A stretch of DNA of 64,000 nucleotides from Octopus sinensis. Lineage: Eukaryota. The DNA lies in assembly GCF_006345805.1 (NCBI RefSeq), contig NC_043001.1, forward strand, positions 99,572,001-99,636,000, written 5' to 3'. Below the pieces are notes generated by a model, which was given only the letters and a program-made list of their open reading frames with translations, ran no database searches and was not told the DNA's origin. A program made the position numbers and the translations under genes. Below are positions 39,290 to 51,574 of this stretch, piece by piece. The first letter of the stretch is position 1, and each line of letters opens with the position of its first letter.

Positions 39290-39357
39290 CTTTGGCCATT
39301 TGGGATCTATAATACAAGGCATGATATGCAAACAACAAGCAAAATATCAACCAACAT
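39290..39357 (-). pseudogene. First coding exon, signal-peptide-like MLVDILLVVCISCLVL*IPNGQ
   Basis: ATG at 39357, hydrophobic stretch, in-frame TAG, strong donor AAG|GTAAGT at 39289, phase 2 out. Confidence 0.55.
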
Positions 39358-40269
39358 TTGAAAGTCAAGTTTTCTCTATGTGTCGAATCATGAAATACAC
39401 TTGTTTAATAAATACGGTTGTCCTTACATTTACACAGTACATTGCTTCCACAAGTCATCAAACTAATCATTCTCATGCGAAATGAAATTGATGTTTTTAT
39501 TTATAATATAAACAAATTAATTATTGAAATTAATATAAGACATACAATTAACGTGTATGTATGTCATCATCATTTAACATTCGATTTTCATGTTGTCATG
39601 GGTTGGATTATTTCACACTATCTGAGATGAATTACAACACGTACCTCTAATGTCTGTTTTCACATGGTTTCTATGTCTGAGAAATGTTTTGGTAACACTG
39701 ACACAAGTAAAATTAAAAAGTAAATTTCAAGGATGAGTGAATTGCTAGTAGTGAGGGCGGTGGCTTCATCCTAAGCTGTAGTATGATAGAGAGACAGGCA
39801 GAGGTGTGTTGCTGTAGAGAAAGTACATGGTTACCCTGCATATATGTATGTATATAGGTAGACATCGATTAGAGCGCTTTCTCATTGCTAATATGTTAAC
39901 ATATGCTTGATGTGTGCTTTAAAAATAAAGTGCTTGCACTGGCACTAATTTCTTCAGATGATGAAAATCACGGAAAAGACTTAATCTAGATGAGATGCAA
40001 TTTGGTTTTGTATCAGGAAGAAACACCAGTCATGATATATTTCTGGTAAGAAACCCCCAAGTATAAACCACTGTACTTGACTTTTGTTGGTATCATGATT
40101 CCACTTTCTACAGTAAATAGAGTAATTTTTCAATTCACTAAACAGGAAAGTAGTCCATATAACCTTACCCAGGTAGACTAAGGCCCTCTGACAGAACACT
40201 TTGCTTTCTTAAGAGAAGTGTGTAAGATACTCCTCATTGCAAGGCCTCCAATATAGCAGAATAAGTTGA

Positions 40270-41076
40270 TGTCAGTCCCAGAATAGCTGTCAGTTATCTC
40301 TGCAAAATTGGCTATTATGGCAGAGCAGCAAGAAAGAAGACACTGCTTTGACCAGCCAATATCAAATGGAGAAAAGATTAGACAAGTGAGATGGTAGGGA
40401 GGTCACTAGCACTTTGGGACACTGTCAAATTCTCTGATGAATCCAGATTTGCTGTATTTTCTGACACTGGTCGAGTGTGGGTCTGGAGAATCAGTCACCA
40501 ATATTTTCACGTGAATATATTGCAGCCAACATTGAAACATGTGATGGTCTGGAGAGCAATTTGGAGCAATGGTCAATCAGAAATGGTGGAGTGTGAGGGA
40601 TACATAAACTCAGATAAATATGTGTCCATATTATAGAAAAATCTTCTTCCTATATCCTCCAGTGGTAAAATAATTAAAGAACACTATTTATGGAAGATAG
40701 GGCTTTCTTGCACAACTAAAAGACCCAGGATTGGTTGGAAGAGAATGGCATTAAAAAGCTTCCATAGCTAAGCCAATCACCAGATATGAACCCTACTGAA
40801 CACCTCTGAGGCATGATGGATGGGACATTTCCTAAAAAGAAAAAGAAAGCATCCTTACAGCCAGATCTTTTGATATTACTGCAAGAAACTTGGCAAGAAA
40901 ATCATGAAGAGAATATTCATCAGATCAGTAGCATGCCTGATAGGGTCATTGCATTCAAAAATGCAAAGGAGCCTGTCTACTAAATATTAGATATTCACAT
41001 TATAATAATTAATAAATAACTTAGATAAATTTTAACAATTATAAGGATGTCTATTTAATTCTGTCATGTCCATGTA
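40270..41076 (+). mobile_element. Tc1-type transposase pseudogene with 3' end
   Basis: WDTVKFSDESRF, VMVWRAI, SQSPDMNPTEHL motifs. Confidence 0.9.
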
Positions 41077-41199
41077 GTTTTTGAAGCAAAACACAATGGA
41101 AACATTCACAGGAAAATTAGTATTAAGACCTTTTCAAAAATCTCTCTCAAGCTTTTCATGCACACTAAGATTTTATTGACATTCATTCAAATTCACTCA

Positions 41200-41940
41200 T
41201 TCCAACATGAACCAATTTTTTCCATCAAAAACTTTGTGATGTTTTCACTTTCTCTAATTTGATCTAGATCCTCTAAGTGTCTCTAATGCATTCATGCCTT
41301 AATTTCAATTTGTTGCCTAGAATTTTCCTCAGGGCCAACTCACCAAACAGAAATTAATTAGAGACCTAATTGCCTTTCATCTTGACCACATAAATACTCC
41401 CACATATTTGGTGCTCAAATACAGCATGCTCCCCACTAGGAGATTGACAGTTACCCAGTATATGCAAAAATCAAACATCATACATTTGCAGTACTAACAA
41501 GCCATTACTATTGCATTTTCTAGCTTCATGTTTCCCAATCATATCCCAAAATTTTTTATCTCTGCAAATGCTTTCATTGAAATCACCAAGTATGAAGATT
41601 TTATAAGCAGAAAGAACACTGCACAGAAGCTTTTTTTCATGAAAGATAGAATATTAGTCTTTTTTTTCTCTTCAGAGGAACACATGGTTGGAGGGTAGAC
41701 ACTTACTAAGGTAACAAATCTCTTGTTTGACAATGGCATTCTCACTGACATCAAGGTAATCAGTAAATCCAAAGAGAAATCTCTCACAGTGTAGAAACTA
41801 TGAAATTTTTGAACTTCTTTTTTCAAACATTGCACTGTCTACTATCCTCACCACCCAATGAAACATATAGCCACCACAATGTATGGTGAAGTGACCCTCA
41901 TTTTAGACAATAACATTATGTCTATGTTATATCACTGCAG
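41200..41940 (-). mobile_element. RTE/BovB-like endonuclease fragment
   Basis: LMSVRMPLSNKRFVTLVSVYPPTM. Confidence 0.65.
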
Positions 41941-42226
41941 CTCCTATGATTCAAAAACTGATCCTCTTTCAGGGAAAGTTGAAGAGGATTCATAATGTGA
42001 GATGCATTTGTTGGTCCCTACCTATAGTCGAAGACTCTTGCCCAAACTGCCACACAATAGAACTAGACCCCAAACCATGGCATTGGGAAACAAACATATT
42101 TTACATTTGCAAACATATATGTCTTATAGAAATTGTTCAATATACACAGAGAAACAGGTGTTCAATTTACAAACAGCTATGGTTAACTAACAGAAAACTT
42201 AATAAATTAACAAAAACATTATGTAC

Positions 42227-42596
42227 TCGCGTGTGAAGCTTCGCATGGGGCTACTTTTTTGGTAAATTCCACATGTATAAACTGTTGTGATGAGAGTCAT
42301 TTACACCCCTACGGGATTGAAAGAATGGACTAGCAAAACTCTTATAAAAAAGTATTGTATTGGTTGAGATAAAGAGAGTCATAAGAGTCACTGGGAGTTC
42401 ATGGAAGTTGTTGACGTTGTTCAGAGTTTGTATTTATTGGAGTATTGTGTTTAGTGGAGTAATCTGAAGTAGGTTGTGTGAAGACAGTTGTGTCTATCCC
42501 TGCTTCGTGAAATTTGCATATCCAACATATAGAAGGATATAAAATAAACAAAAGTTTGCATGTAAACCAATAAGTGTAATCATTCATTTTTTAACC
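42227..42596 (-). other. Candidate upstream (5'UTR or decayed) exon
   Basis: Strong acceptor ttttcatttttactttcag, AAAATG context opening a 62-aa ORF, weak donor GTACAT. Confidence 0.3.
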
Positions 42597-43772
42597 CTGA
42601 AAGTAAAAATGAAAAACATCCTAATAGTAGCGAAAGGAAAATTTTGGCTTTAATATCAGTTCACTACTCTTTACTTGAAGTGACAAGCAGCCAAGTATTA
42701 TACAAATGGAAACTTTTACATGTCTCAAGAAAGATATAAATGCAAGCAATGTGAGACCAACTTTCATTAAAACTACACAAGAAATTCATCAAAATTCATT
42801 CACAGATTTTATTCTATTAAATTTAAGATGGTGGAGAGGCACAATTGTTAGAGTGTTGGCAAAATACCTTCCAATATTTCTACCAGCTCTTTATATTCTA
42901 GTTTCAAATCCTGTTAAGGCTAACTTTGTTTCTCCTCCTTTCATGGTTGATAAAAAAAGTGCAAGTCAAGTAATAAAATCAATTTAATCAATTAACCACT
43001 TCCTCTAAAATTTGAGGCATTCCACTGTTTTACAAACAAACATAACCAATTAATCAAATGTCTTTGGAAAAATAAATCTGCTTGTTAGGAAACAGGATAG
43101 CTTTCCTGTCATTCAAATATTCGTGAAATTTACAATATATCATAATTTCAGCAATTAACATAGTCATATTGTAGGAGATTTCATCACCATTTCACTAAAG
43201 AAGCATGCAGTAATATAGAAAAAGATATTGCCAAATCAGCTTTCCATATGAAAACTTTCATTAATTAAGAAATCTTAACCATAACCAATATTTTTTATGC
43301 TATTTCATCAATGAGCAACTAATAAGGCAGAGTTTAAATCCATGCTTCCTTCTCCAGTTTATCATATGCCTCTCAATCCATTCAACCATTTATTGAAAGG
43401 TCAATAATCACCAGTTTATGTTCAATGATTCCAAACAGAAATTATCTGTGTGCTTGTATGTGAGTGCCTGAGCAAGTGCATGTATATCTCTCTTGAGAAC
43501 AATAGATTTCGTTGGTGGTACCTGTTATCTCAATTCTAACTTTTGGTGGCTGAGAAGAGGTCAGGAGGGTCAAGTGACAAAGATATTATTCTGCTTAGAT
43601 AAGGACTCTGGTAAATTTAACTGCTGTCACTCACAGAAAAACTATTGTTTTAGCGTGAGAAAAGTGCTGTTGAACTGTTAAGTGAAATTTGGCGATCAAC
43701 AATCAAATCCACGCCATGCCTGCATGAAACCACTTAATCACCTATGTCTATCCCTCTATTCATAATCTAACC

Positions 43773-44023
43773 CAGTGCTACTCAACCATTTCTCACCTAT
43801 GAACCTTAATCTCTGTTTTGCTCAGGAGGGCTCTCATAGCCAATCAGTGTTTTAAAAATTCATTATTATATTTTTATAATTGCATTTATTAGTAATTTTA
43901 AAAAGAGCTACTGAAATATTTTGTATGACACAGAAGTATAAAAAATTTTATCAACATAATTTTTCACAACAACCCATTTTATAGACCCCCAAAGGTCAAA
44001 TGGACCTCATTTGAAAAGAACTG
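43773..44023. mobile_element. hAT-Charlie-like MITE
   Basis: Degenerate TIRs cagtgctactcaa / ttgaaaagaactg. Confidence 0.55.
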
Positions 44024-44039
44024 CTTTAATTACTCATCA

Positions 44040-44630
44040 CCTGGCACAAATCCATTTCACTCAGTGTTACTCCCCACTCAGTTGAAGTATCTTGTCTTGC
44101 AAGTTTCTTGGTAATTTCACTGCTGGTGCCACATGCAAAGCACTCAGTAGGGTACACACTATAAAGTGCTTGGAATCAGGAATGGTAGAAACCATGCCAA
44201 GGCAGACAATAGAGCTTAGCACAGTGTTCTGAATTTGCAGCTCCTGTCAAACAGTCTATCCCTTTCCAGCATGGAAGGCAGACGTTAAATGATGATAGTG
44301 ATACTACAGACCATACTCATAGATATGGTGGTTTTTGAGGAAGCTAAATATAGACAAATAGTTTTTGAAATCTGCACAGGCTATGTACAAGGGTACTATC
44401 AGTAACAAGACATTTCACCATGAGTACAATGACAAATTTAGTGTACAGGTAGGTATTCAACAGGGCTCGGCTCTCAGCCTCATCTCATTCATCATCATTC
44501 TGCAGGTCATAACAGAGGACTTCAAAACTGCCTGCCCTAAGAGCTAATATATGCTGATGGTCTCACTCCAGTAGTTGAATCTATAACACAGTGCAAAAGA
44601 AATTCCAGGTGCGGAAGCAAAACGGAACTA
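44040..44630 (+). mobile_element. RTE 3' tail followed by RT fragment
   Basis: gacgttaaatgatgat tail; VGIQQGSALS...EDFKTACP. Confidence 0.75.
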
Positions 44631-44907
44631 AGCAAGAAAATTAAAAAAAGATGCTACACCATGCAGGTTAAAACGCTAAGTGCAAACAGTGCAGATATTA
44701 ATTCCTTAACACAAGACGTGCAGGTCAATCACAAAAAATAGACAAGATGAGTGATGAGTAGCAATGAACAACGTAAGTATCTATCTATCGAGCAATCTAT
44801 CTTTCTAGATGTTTGATAATCGGTATGTCTATTCTTCTTCTGACTCCATCTATTTCTGTCGAATTATTTATCTATGTTACAATCTGCTTTTCTCTCTCTC
44901 TCTCCAT

Positions 44908-44953
<46 letters not shown>

Positions 44954-44959
44954 AGAAAT

Positions 44960-45230
44960 TAAATATAAATTATAAATTACAAAGTGGGACAAGAACGCAA
45001 AAACACACAAAGAGACGACACAAAAAAAAAAACAGACAGGTCACTCGAAGCCTCTAATTTTCAGTCGGGAACCGGATCATTTTAGCAATTTTGGCTGTTT
45101 AATCTCGATATCGCTCCGATCCGGCCAGCCCCCAAGAAAAACTAAGCCACGGGCATTAGATTTCTTGGAAAGAGGATCGAATGTATACGAAACAAGGACA
45201 GGATGCCACACGAATATAAATACAAGAAAC
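44960..45230. mobile_element. Interspersed repeat, unfolded relative of the 46.9 kb hairpin
   Basis: gggacaagaacgcaa...cgaagcct...accggatcat shared with 46880-46990. Confidence 0.7.
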
Positions 45231-45414
45231 AAAAAATAGAAATAAAAAACAAGAATAGTAAACAGGACAAAAACAATATATATATTTATATATATCTTAG
45301 CCTATCACTATTTCTATCTATCAACGTTTTTATATACTTACACAAGTTACGAAATATCACTAGGGGCAATTTTCGCCATGTCAAAGTAAATAAATCCAAA
45401 AGTAATTAACTTAC

Positions 45415-45760
45415 GTTCGTATATTGAGTATAGAAAATAACCTTCTTTTCCAGAAACTAAATATTAAAACAACCGAGTAACTTTCCTTCAATTTTTCCAG
45501 CGACTTTCATTTAAATATGGCGCTTCGATTAATTATTGATTGCAATTTCTACGTCATATTACTTTCGTATTCGTATCACACGAAATAACTGAATTAAGAT
45601 TTATTAACAGGGAATAAAACCAGCAAAAAATATTTTAAGCTGTTTTTTATTCAACTTTATTCAAACTTGAATTATATTCGCTTTGTAATCCGCTAATCAT
45701 TGCTGTCTTAATTGTAGACGCGTTGTTTCGTATTAGGCAGAATACATATATCGTTATTTT
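45415..45760 (-). promoter_or_regulatory. Candidate promoter and non-coding first exon
   Basis: Local CpG enrichment in non-repeat DNA, YY1-like AATATGGCG at ~45514-45522, minus-strand donor AAC|GTAAGT at 45414. Confidence 0.4.
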
Positions 45761-45778
45761 CGTACTCTATACAAAATA

Positions 45779-45835
<57 letters not shown>

Positions 45836-46164
45836 AAAGAAACTATTGATAGGATATTATAATTCATAACAGTCTTTCCTGATGAGCTAAAATTTAACCA
45901 CGGTTCCTGGTCACTTTTCATCAAACAGACACATGATCAAAGGAATTCTGTATCCGTTTAACGGTATCATGTGCACATTATAAACACAGCAACCATTGAC
46001 TCCTTACATCTCTTGATTATATATATAATTGTATCTTTTTGTATACACACATACTACAATGAGGAAAGCGGGAACAGTTAACAACACTAACAAAAAAAAA
46101 AACACCTTATATATCTCCCTAACAAGTGTGCTATATCTTCACGTCTGTTTTTTTAAACCTTTGT

Positions 46165-46735
46165 ACTACGGTATGGAATGGTACGCCGTAATGCTGAACA
46201 GGAATACAAAATACACAAATCAGAGATCAACAGGAAAAAGCGCAATAGATCGTCCAACCATCTCAAGCAGGCGACAAAAAAGGCAGTGCTTGAATTCGAA
46301 CAGCGCATAGCAACCAACCCTGACAGCAAAGTGTTCTGGAAGTATGTACATTCAAAGCAGAGACCTCACTCTCCAATTGGCCCCCTTCGCAATCCCCACA
46401 CAGGCCAGATTACTGCCAATCCCAAAGAATGTACAGAAATCATTGTCGGATGCTCTGCAGGCATCTTTACTGTCGAAGATCAAAATGTTCCATCTCCATC
46501 ACCTCTGACATCGGACTCTATAACTACTATGAGATTTACATCAGCAATGCTACAACACCACCTTAAGAATAAACGTTACTATGCCTCTCCTGGTCTTGAT
46601 GGTGTTACATATCTACTTCTCAAACACGGTGGGTACTTTCTTCTAAAACAACTTTCACTATTCTTTCAATTCTGTGTTGACAATGGTATTACTGCAGAGC
46701 AGTGGAAAACTGCCAGTGTTATCCCTCTGTTCAAT
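46165..46735 (+). mobile_element. CR1/L2-like LINE ORF2 fragment
   Basis: KVFWKYVHSK, IGPL, SPGLDGV, WKTASVIPLF. Confidence 0.8.
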
Positions 46736-46869
46736 ACACACACACACACACACAGACAGACATATAGATGCATACATGCAATATTTTAGTTTGCAAATGA
46801 AAAGGAAAGAATGCTACAAACAGTAGATGGTAAACAGGATATTGTGTTCATCACTGATTATGTAAATAC

Positions 46870-47101
46870 AAAAAAAATACAAACTGGAACAAGAACGCAA
46901 CACATTTAGAAGACGACACAAAAAACACAGACGGGACATTCGAAGCCTTCAATCTTCAGTCAAGAACCGGATCATCCTCGCAGTTTTGGCTGTGCGAGGA
47001 TGATCCACTTCTTGGAGATTGAAGGCTTCGAATGTCCCGTCCGTGTTTTTTGTATTGTCTTCTAAATGTTTTGCGTTCTTGTCCCAGTTTGTATTTTTTT
47101 T
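46870..47101. repeat. Fold-back hairpin, ~110-bp arms, 10-nt loop
   Basis: Arms 46870-46982 and 46993-47101 are reverse complementary. Confidence 0.9.
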
Positions 47102-47139
<38 letters not shown>

Positions 47140-47159
47140 TAATATGTATATCTACAACT

Positions 47160-47680
47160 GTATGCCCTTCCTAATGCCAACCACTCCGAGAGTGTACTGG
47201 GTGCTTTTACATGCCACCGGCACGAGGGCCAGTCTGGCGGTACTGGCAACAGCCATGCTCAGATGGTGTTTTTTACATGCCACCTGCACAGGAGTCAGTC
47301 CAGCGGCACTGGCAACGACCTCGCTCAAATGTTTTGTTCACGTGCCACTGGCACAAGTGCCAGTAGGGCGATGCAGGTAATGGTCACACTCAAATGGTGA
47401 TTTTGACGTGCCTCTGGCATGGAAGCCAGATGGCTGCTTTGGCAGTGATTCCACTTGGATGGAGCCGTTAGCGCTCCACTGGCACAAGTGCCAGTCATTG
47501 AATTTGGTTCAATTTCGATTTCACTTGCCCCAACAGGTCTTCACAAGCAGAGTTTAGTGTCCAATGAAGGATGGTTGGCATTGGGTGCCAGTCGAATTTG
47601 GTTTGATTTTGAATTCAGTTTTGATTTTGATTTCACTTCCCTCAGCAGGTCTTCGCAAGCAGAGTTTTGTGTCCAAAGGA
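47160..47680 (-). mobile_element. RTE 3' UTR fragment
   Basis: Tandem gtgcttttacatgccac modules. Confidence 0.8.
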
Positions 47681-47789
47681 CACACATACACATGTGAGAT
47701 AATAGTTTCATTATGTATATATCATATACATAGTGAAACTATTATCTCACATTACAATAGAAATTTTTTTCACTTTTGACATGTATTAC

Positions 47790-47980
47790 TGAAACAGTCT
47801 AAAAGATTGCTCCGGGCTTGCATTTGGCAAGAAGTTGAATCTTTTTTGGCCAATGAAATTCCATGGATCCTATGTAAGGCATGTGTAAAATTTGAATAAA
47901 ATGGGTTGGGTAGTTCTCAGGTTTTAGTGATGCACACAGACAGACAGATGGACACATGCTCAGTTTTATATATACAGATT
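47790..47980 (-). mobile_element. Helitron/DINE-like 5' end
   Basis: Reverse strand reads atctgtatatataaaactgag...(tctg)n. Confidence 0.5.
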
Positions 47981-48554
47981 ATGGATGAAGATTAAAAAAA
48001 AAATTATAATAAAGTGTAAAACTTGCAACTATTTATTTCAGTGAGACCAAAATCAGTACACCCACTTCAGAAAATAAATCCCAGCAAGTTGGTAAGTGTC
48101 AAACTATAAATATTACCTTCACCTGAGCTATAAATATTACCTTTACCTATCAGAATGATTGGGAACAGGGCCCATTCCTATTTTCCATTTGAAAGTAAGA
48201 TGTAAAAATGATTCTATGAAATATATTGCTAAAAAAAAATTAATAAAAAGGAAAGACAAAACTAAGAGATAAACAGTGTTATCAAGGAGTAATTAGATGA
48301 GATAATTGCAGAATTATTAAATAGTGTATGGTGTCTGAATAGAGAGAGGAGATTTAGAAATGTGAATCTATTTTATTGTAGACTTAAATATTGAACTATT
48401 CCTTAGTAACACTGAGAGAATATTTTAAAATGTTGACCAAAACCATTATGGTCATCAGTTGAATGTTGATGAAAGAAACGTCTCATCTCAAAATAAAAAA
48501 AATATTGTATATTAATAAAGATAAAGAAATTTTACTCATCATCATTTCACTGTT

Positions 48555-49865
48555 GTACATGTGCACCTTCCACACTCAAAAACTATTTTGCCAGTTAACC
48601 TTCCTTTGATATTGATGCGCCTGTTATGAGTCTATAGCTTGTACCGGATAATCTTATGAAGTTTATACCAATACCTTTCCTACAGATCGAGCAGGGCAAT
48701 CTACTTCAAGGGATTTGAGATTTATCTGCTCTCCAACTTACTAAGACTTTGGTTTTTGCTAGATTAGCTCTAAGACTCTTTGACTCTAGATTTTGCCTCC
48801 ATGGTTGAGATTTCTTCTCCAGTTCGGGTAAGGAATTGATTATAAGAACAAGGTCATCAGCACAGAGGATCTCCCAGTGGTAGCATGTCTTAAATTCCTC
48901 TGTTAATGCCTGCAGGACTATGATGAACAATACGGGGCTGAGGACTGATCATTGGTGAACCCCTACTTGTACACTGGCTATACCTGTTAGTAATCTTCAC
49001 CTTTCTGACAGCATCCCTGTACTTGACCTGTACAGCTCCCACCAAACACTCATCTATCCATAGCTTCTGCATTGACCACCAGATAAGGGAATGGGGGACT
49101 CTGTCAATGGATTTCTCTGTGTCAACAAATGCCAGGTACAGAGGTTTCTTTTTGGCTAGATATTTCTTCTGCAGTTGCCTAACTAGGAATATAGTGCTGG
49201 CACAAATCCGAACTGCATTTAATCTACTCTAATATTTCTCTCCCTAACTGATTGAGCTATGACCTTCTCCGTGATTTTCTCCAACTTGTCCAGCAGTTTG
49301 ATGCCTCTGTAATTATTCCTGTTCAAGGCGTCAACTTTGCTTTTGTAGCAGTTAACTATGATGCTGCTAAACCAGTCGTTGGACATGAATCTCTTGTTGA
49401 AAATTTGATTAACTATATGGGTGGCATAGCTGTATAGTCCGCCAGATATTTTAAGCATCTTAGTGGAAATTCTTAATGGACTGGGGGTTTCCCCTGTCTA
49501 CATGTCCTTAATTGCTTTATCTACTAAGCTACTGTCGATTCGGATAGCTGGTCCCCTCAGTTGGGTCAACATCTAGCAGAAGACTCTCTTCCTCCCTTTC
49601 AGTTTCCACATTTAGCAGTTTTAACAATGGAATTTCCAAGCCTCTTTTTTGGCAGAATCATTACATACATGTAAACCATTATCCATGCAAACACATTGTA
49701 TGACCTTATGATTTTCTCTCACAAACTGTCTTGCAATCAGTAACACTTCAAGTCTTTGGTGCTCATGTCATTTTTGCTACTCCCTTGGCTAGATATACTT
49801 GTCTCTTAGCTTCTCATCTGGCTATGAGATACAGTTCCCTGCTACCCCTATTCTTCCACTCTGAT
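48555..49865 (-). mobile_element. Decayed RTE LINE (RT)
   Basis: NNYRGIKLL, WEILCADDL. Confidence 0.9.
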
Positions 49866-50267
49866 ACAGTGCTATGATATATAAATCTTAGAAACATATT
49901 TCAGAGACTCCAATGATGGAAGAGAAGTAAGTCTGGATGGTGACAGAGGCAGTTGGTGAGTATAAATTAACAATACACAATTGATTTCCATAACGTTTAC
50001 CTTCACTGAGAACAGGTCGCCTTCTTACATTCCATTTGATAGGTTAGCTGTAAAATAATGATATTAAAGATATCACTGAATGTTCATTAAATTGAGATTA
50101 GCATTGTTGATAAAATGGATACATTAGAAGACAGAACAGAAATAATGTTGTCCTTTGGAACAGAGAACCAAAATGTTTTATTTTAATGAAGGCCACATAT
50201 TCTTTAGTCAGGTTATATACAATCTATATCAATACCTAGTATTGCTCTGTCAGTCAGTGTGCTATAG

Positions 50268-50386
<119 letters not shown>

Positions 50387-50464
50387 AACAGAGAGAGAGA
50401 GATGAGAGACAGATATTCCCCATATAGAAAAGACTTCGTAGTGCTCAAGTGCACTTGAGCAGGT

Positions 50465-50951
50465 AGAGGAGCAAATGTAAGAATAAGCAAGTTAAGCAAG
50501 ATGATAGACAAAAATATTAAATACATGTAATACAATATTGTAGAAATGTTTACATCTAAAAAATCCGACTTACACAGAAGAGAAATAATATCAGGAATTA
50601 AAGGTTTTGAATAAGAGTTTAACGAGTCTAACAGCTGTCTCTGGTGGTTTGGTGGTCCAAAATAATGATTGTAAATTGATTCCATCATCGGATAATATAA
50701 CCATCTGTCTTCAGGGAAGAATTTTACATTAGAGGTGTTGACAGAGTGAAATTTAAGTATTCCAACCCCACTGAAACAGCTGTTGGACTCGTAAAACTTT
50801 TCTTCAACCCCTTTAATTCCTAATATCATTTCTATTCTGTGTAAGTCGGACTTATTCAGTTGTAAACATTTCTACAATTTTGTATTAAATGTATTTAATA
50901 TTTTTTGCATATCATCTTGCTTAACTTGCTTATTCTTACATTTATTCCTCT
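50465..50951. mobile_element. Inverted repeat pair, Penelope-pLTR-like
   Basis: ~190-bp diverged arms 50465-50652 and 50761-50951, each with GA(A/G)ACAGCTGTT. Confidence 0.8.
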
Positions 50952-51194
50952 GTGTGTGTGTGTGCATGTGTGTATGTGCGTGTGTGTGCATCCACCATTA
51001 ACATGATAATTAATCTACTATTATTCATTAATTTTCTTATACCTGTATGTCTATGTAACCTTATTTTGTTATCTTCCCTCACCTAACATTTTACACCGTG
51101 TTACCTTGTATGTAATTCGATTGTTTTGTTTGGGTACAGGACCCTACAAAGTAGGATTATTCCTGTATTTATATGAAATGAACTGTAAAGAAAA

Positions 51195-51557
51195 TAGACT
51201 ACATCGACTCCCAGGATGGTAAGCTAGAGGTAGTTGGTAGCTTTCTTTCTTTAGGTAGCAATGTCAATAACACATGTGGATGCTCTGAGAGTGTAGCAGG
51301 GAGAATAAGAATAAGCTGGGCAAAGTTCAGAGAGCTCCTACCTCTGGTGACAACAAAGAGCCTCTCTGTCAGAGTGAAAGGTAGATTGTATGATGCTTGT
51401 GTATGAACCACTAAGCCACATGGCAGTAACGTGTACTGTGACCGCTAAGGACATGCCTAGATCTGAAAGAAAGGAAGCTTGTAAGATTCGCTGGATGTGC
51501 AATGTCAGTGTGCCCGTACAACAGGGAGTAAACATCTTGAGAGAAAAGTTGGGCATG
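51195..51557 (+). mobile_element. RTE C-terminal fragment
   Basis: RIRISWAKFRELLPLVTT. Confidence 0.85.
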
Positions 51558-51574
51558 TAAAATTAGGAATGTAA

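Larger units (their letters stand above)
1..39357 (-). pseudogene. CATSPERE: Decayed multi-exon gene, CatSper auxiliary subunit epsilon-like (N-terminal part; continues beyond position 1)
   Basis: Seven AG/GT-bounded or GT-ended exons on the minus strand, mostly phase-compatible. Joined translation MLVDILLVVCISCLVL*IPNGQSIFMQMFIIKFPFNMT*IYEW..VHCPNPTH..VIISYLLHFNSNQPQTIYWHLNL*RLSF..VFIWNPKQILS..LSYNMDYG..REWYSIQIF..MKGSKSYLDTWI follows the motif order I recall for human CATSPERE. Contains in-frame stops and frameshifts. Identity is from memory-based alignment only. Confidence 0.5.

Noticed and set aside
45836-45900. Hammerhead-like CTGATGA near GAAAC
   Set aside because: Could not build stems II and III with a valid cleavage triplet
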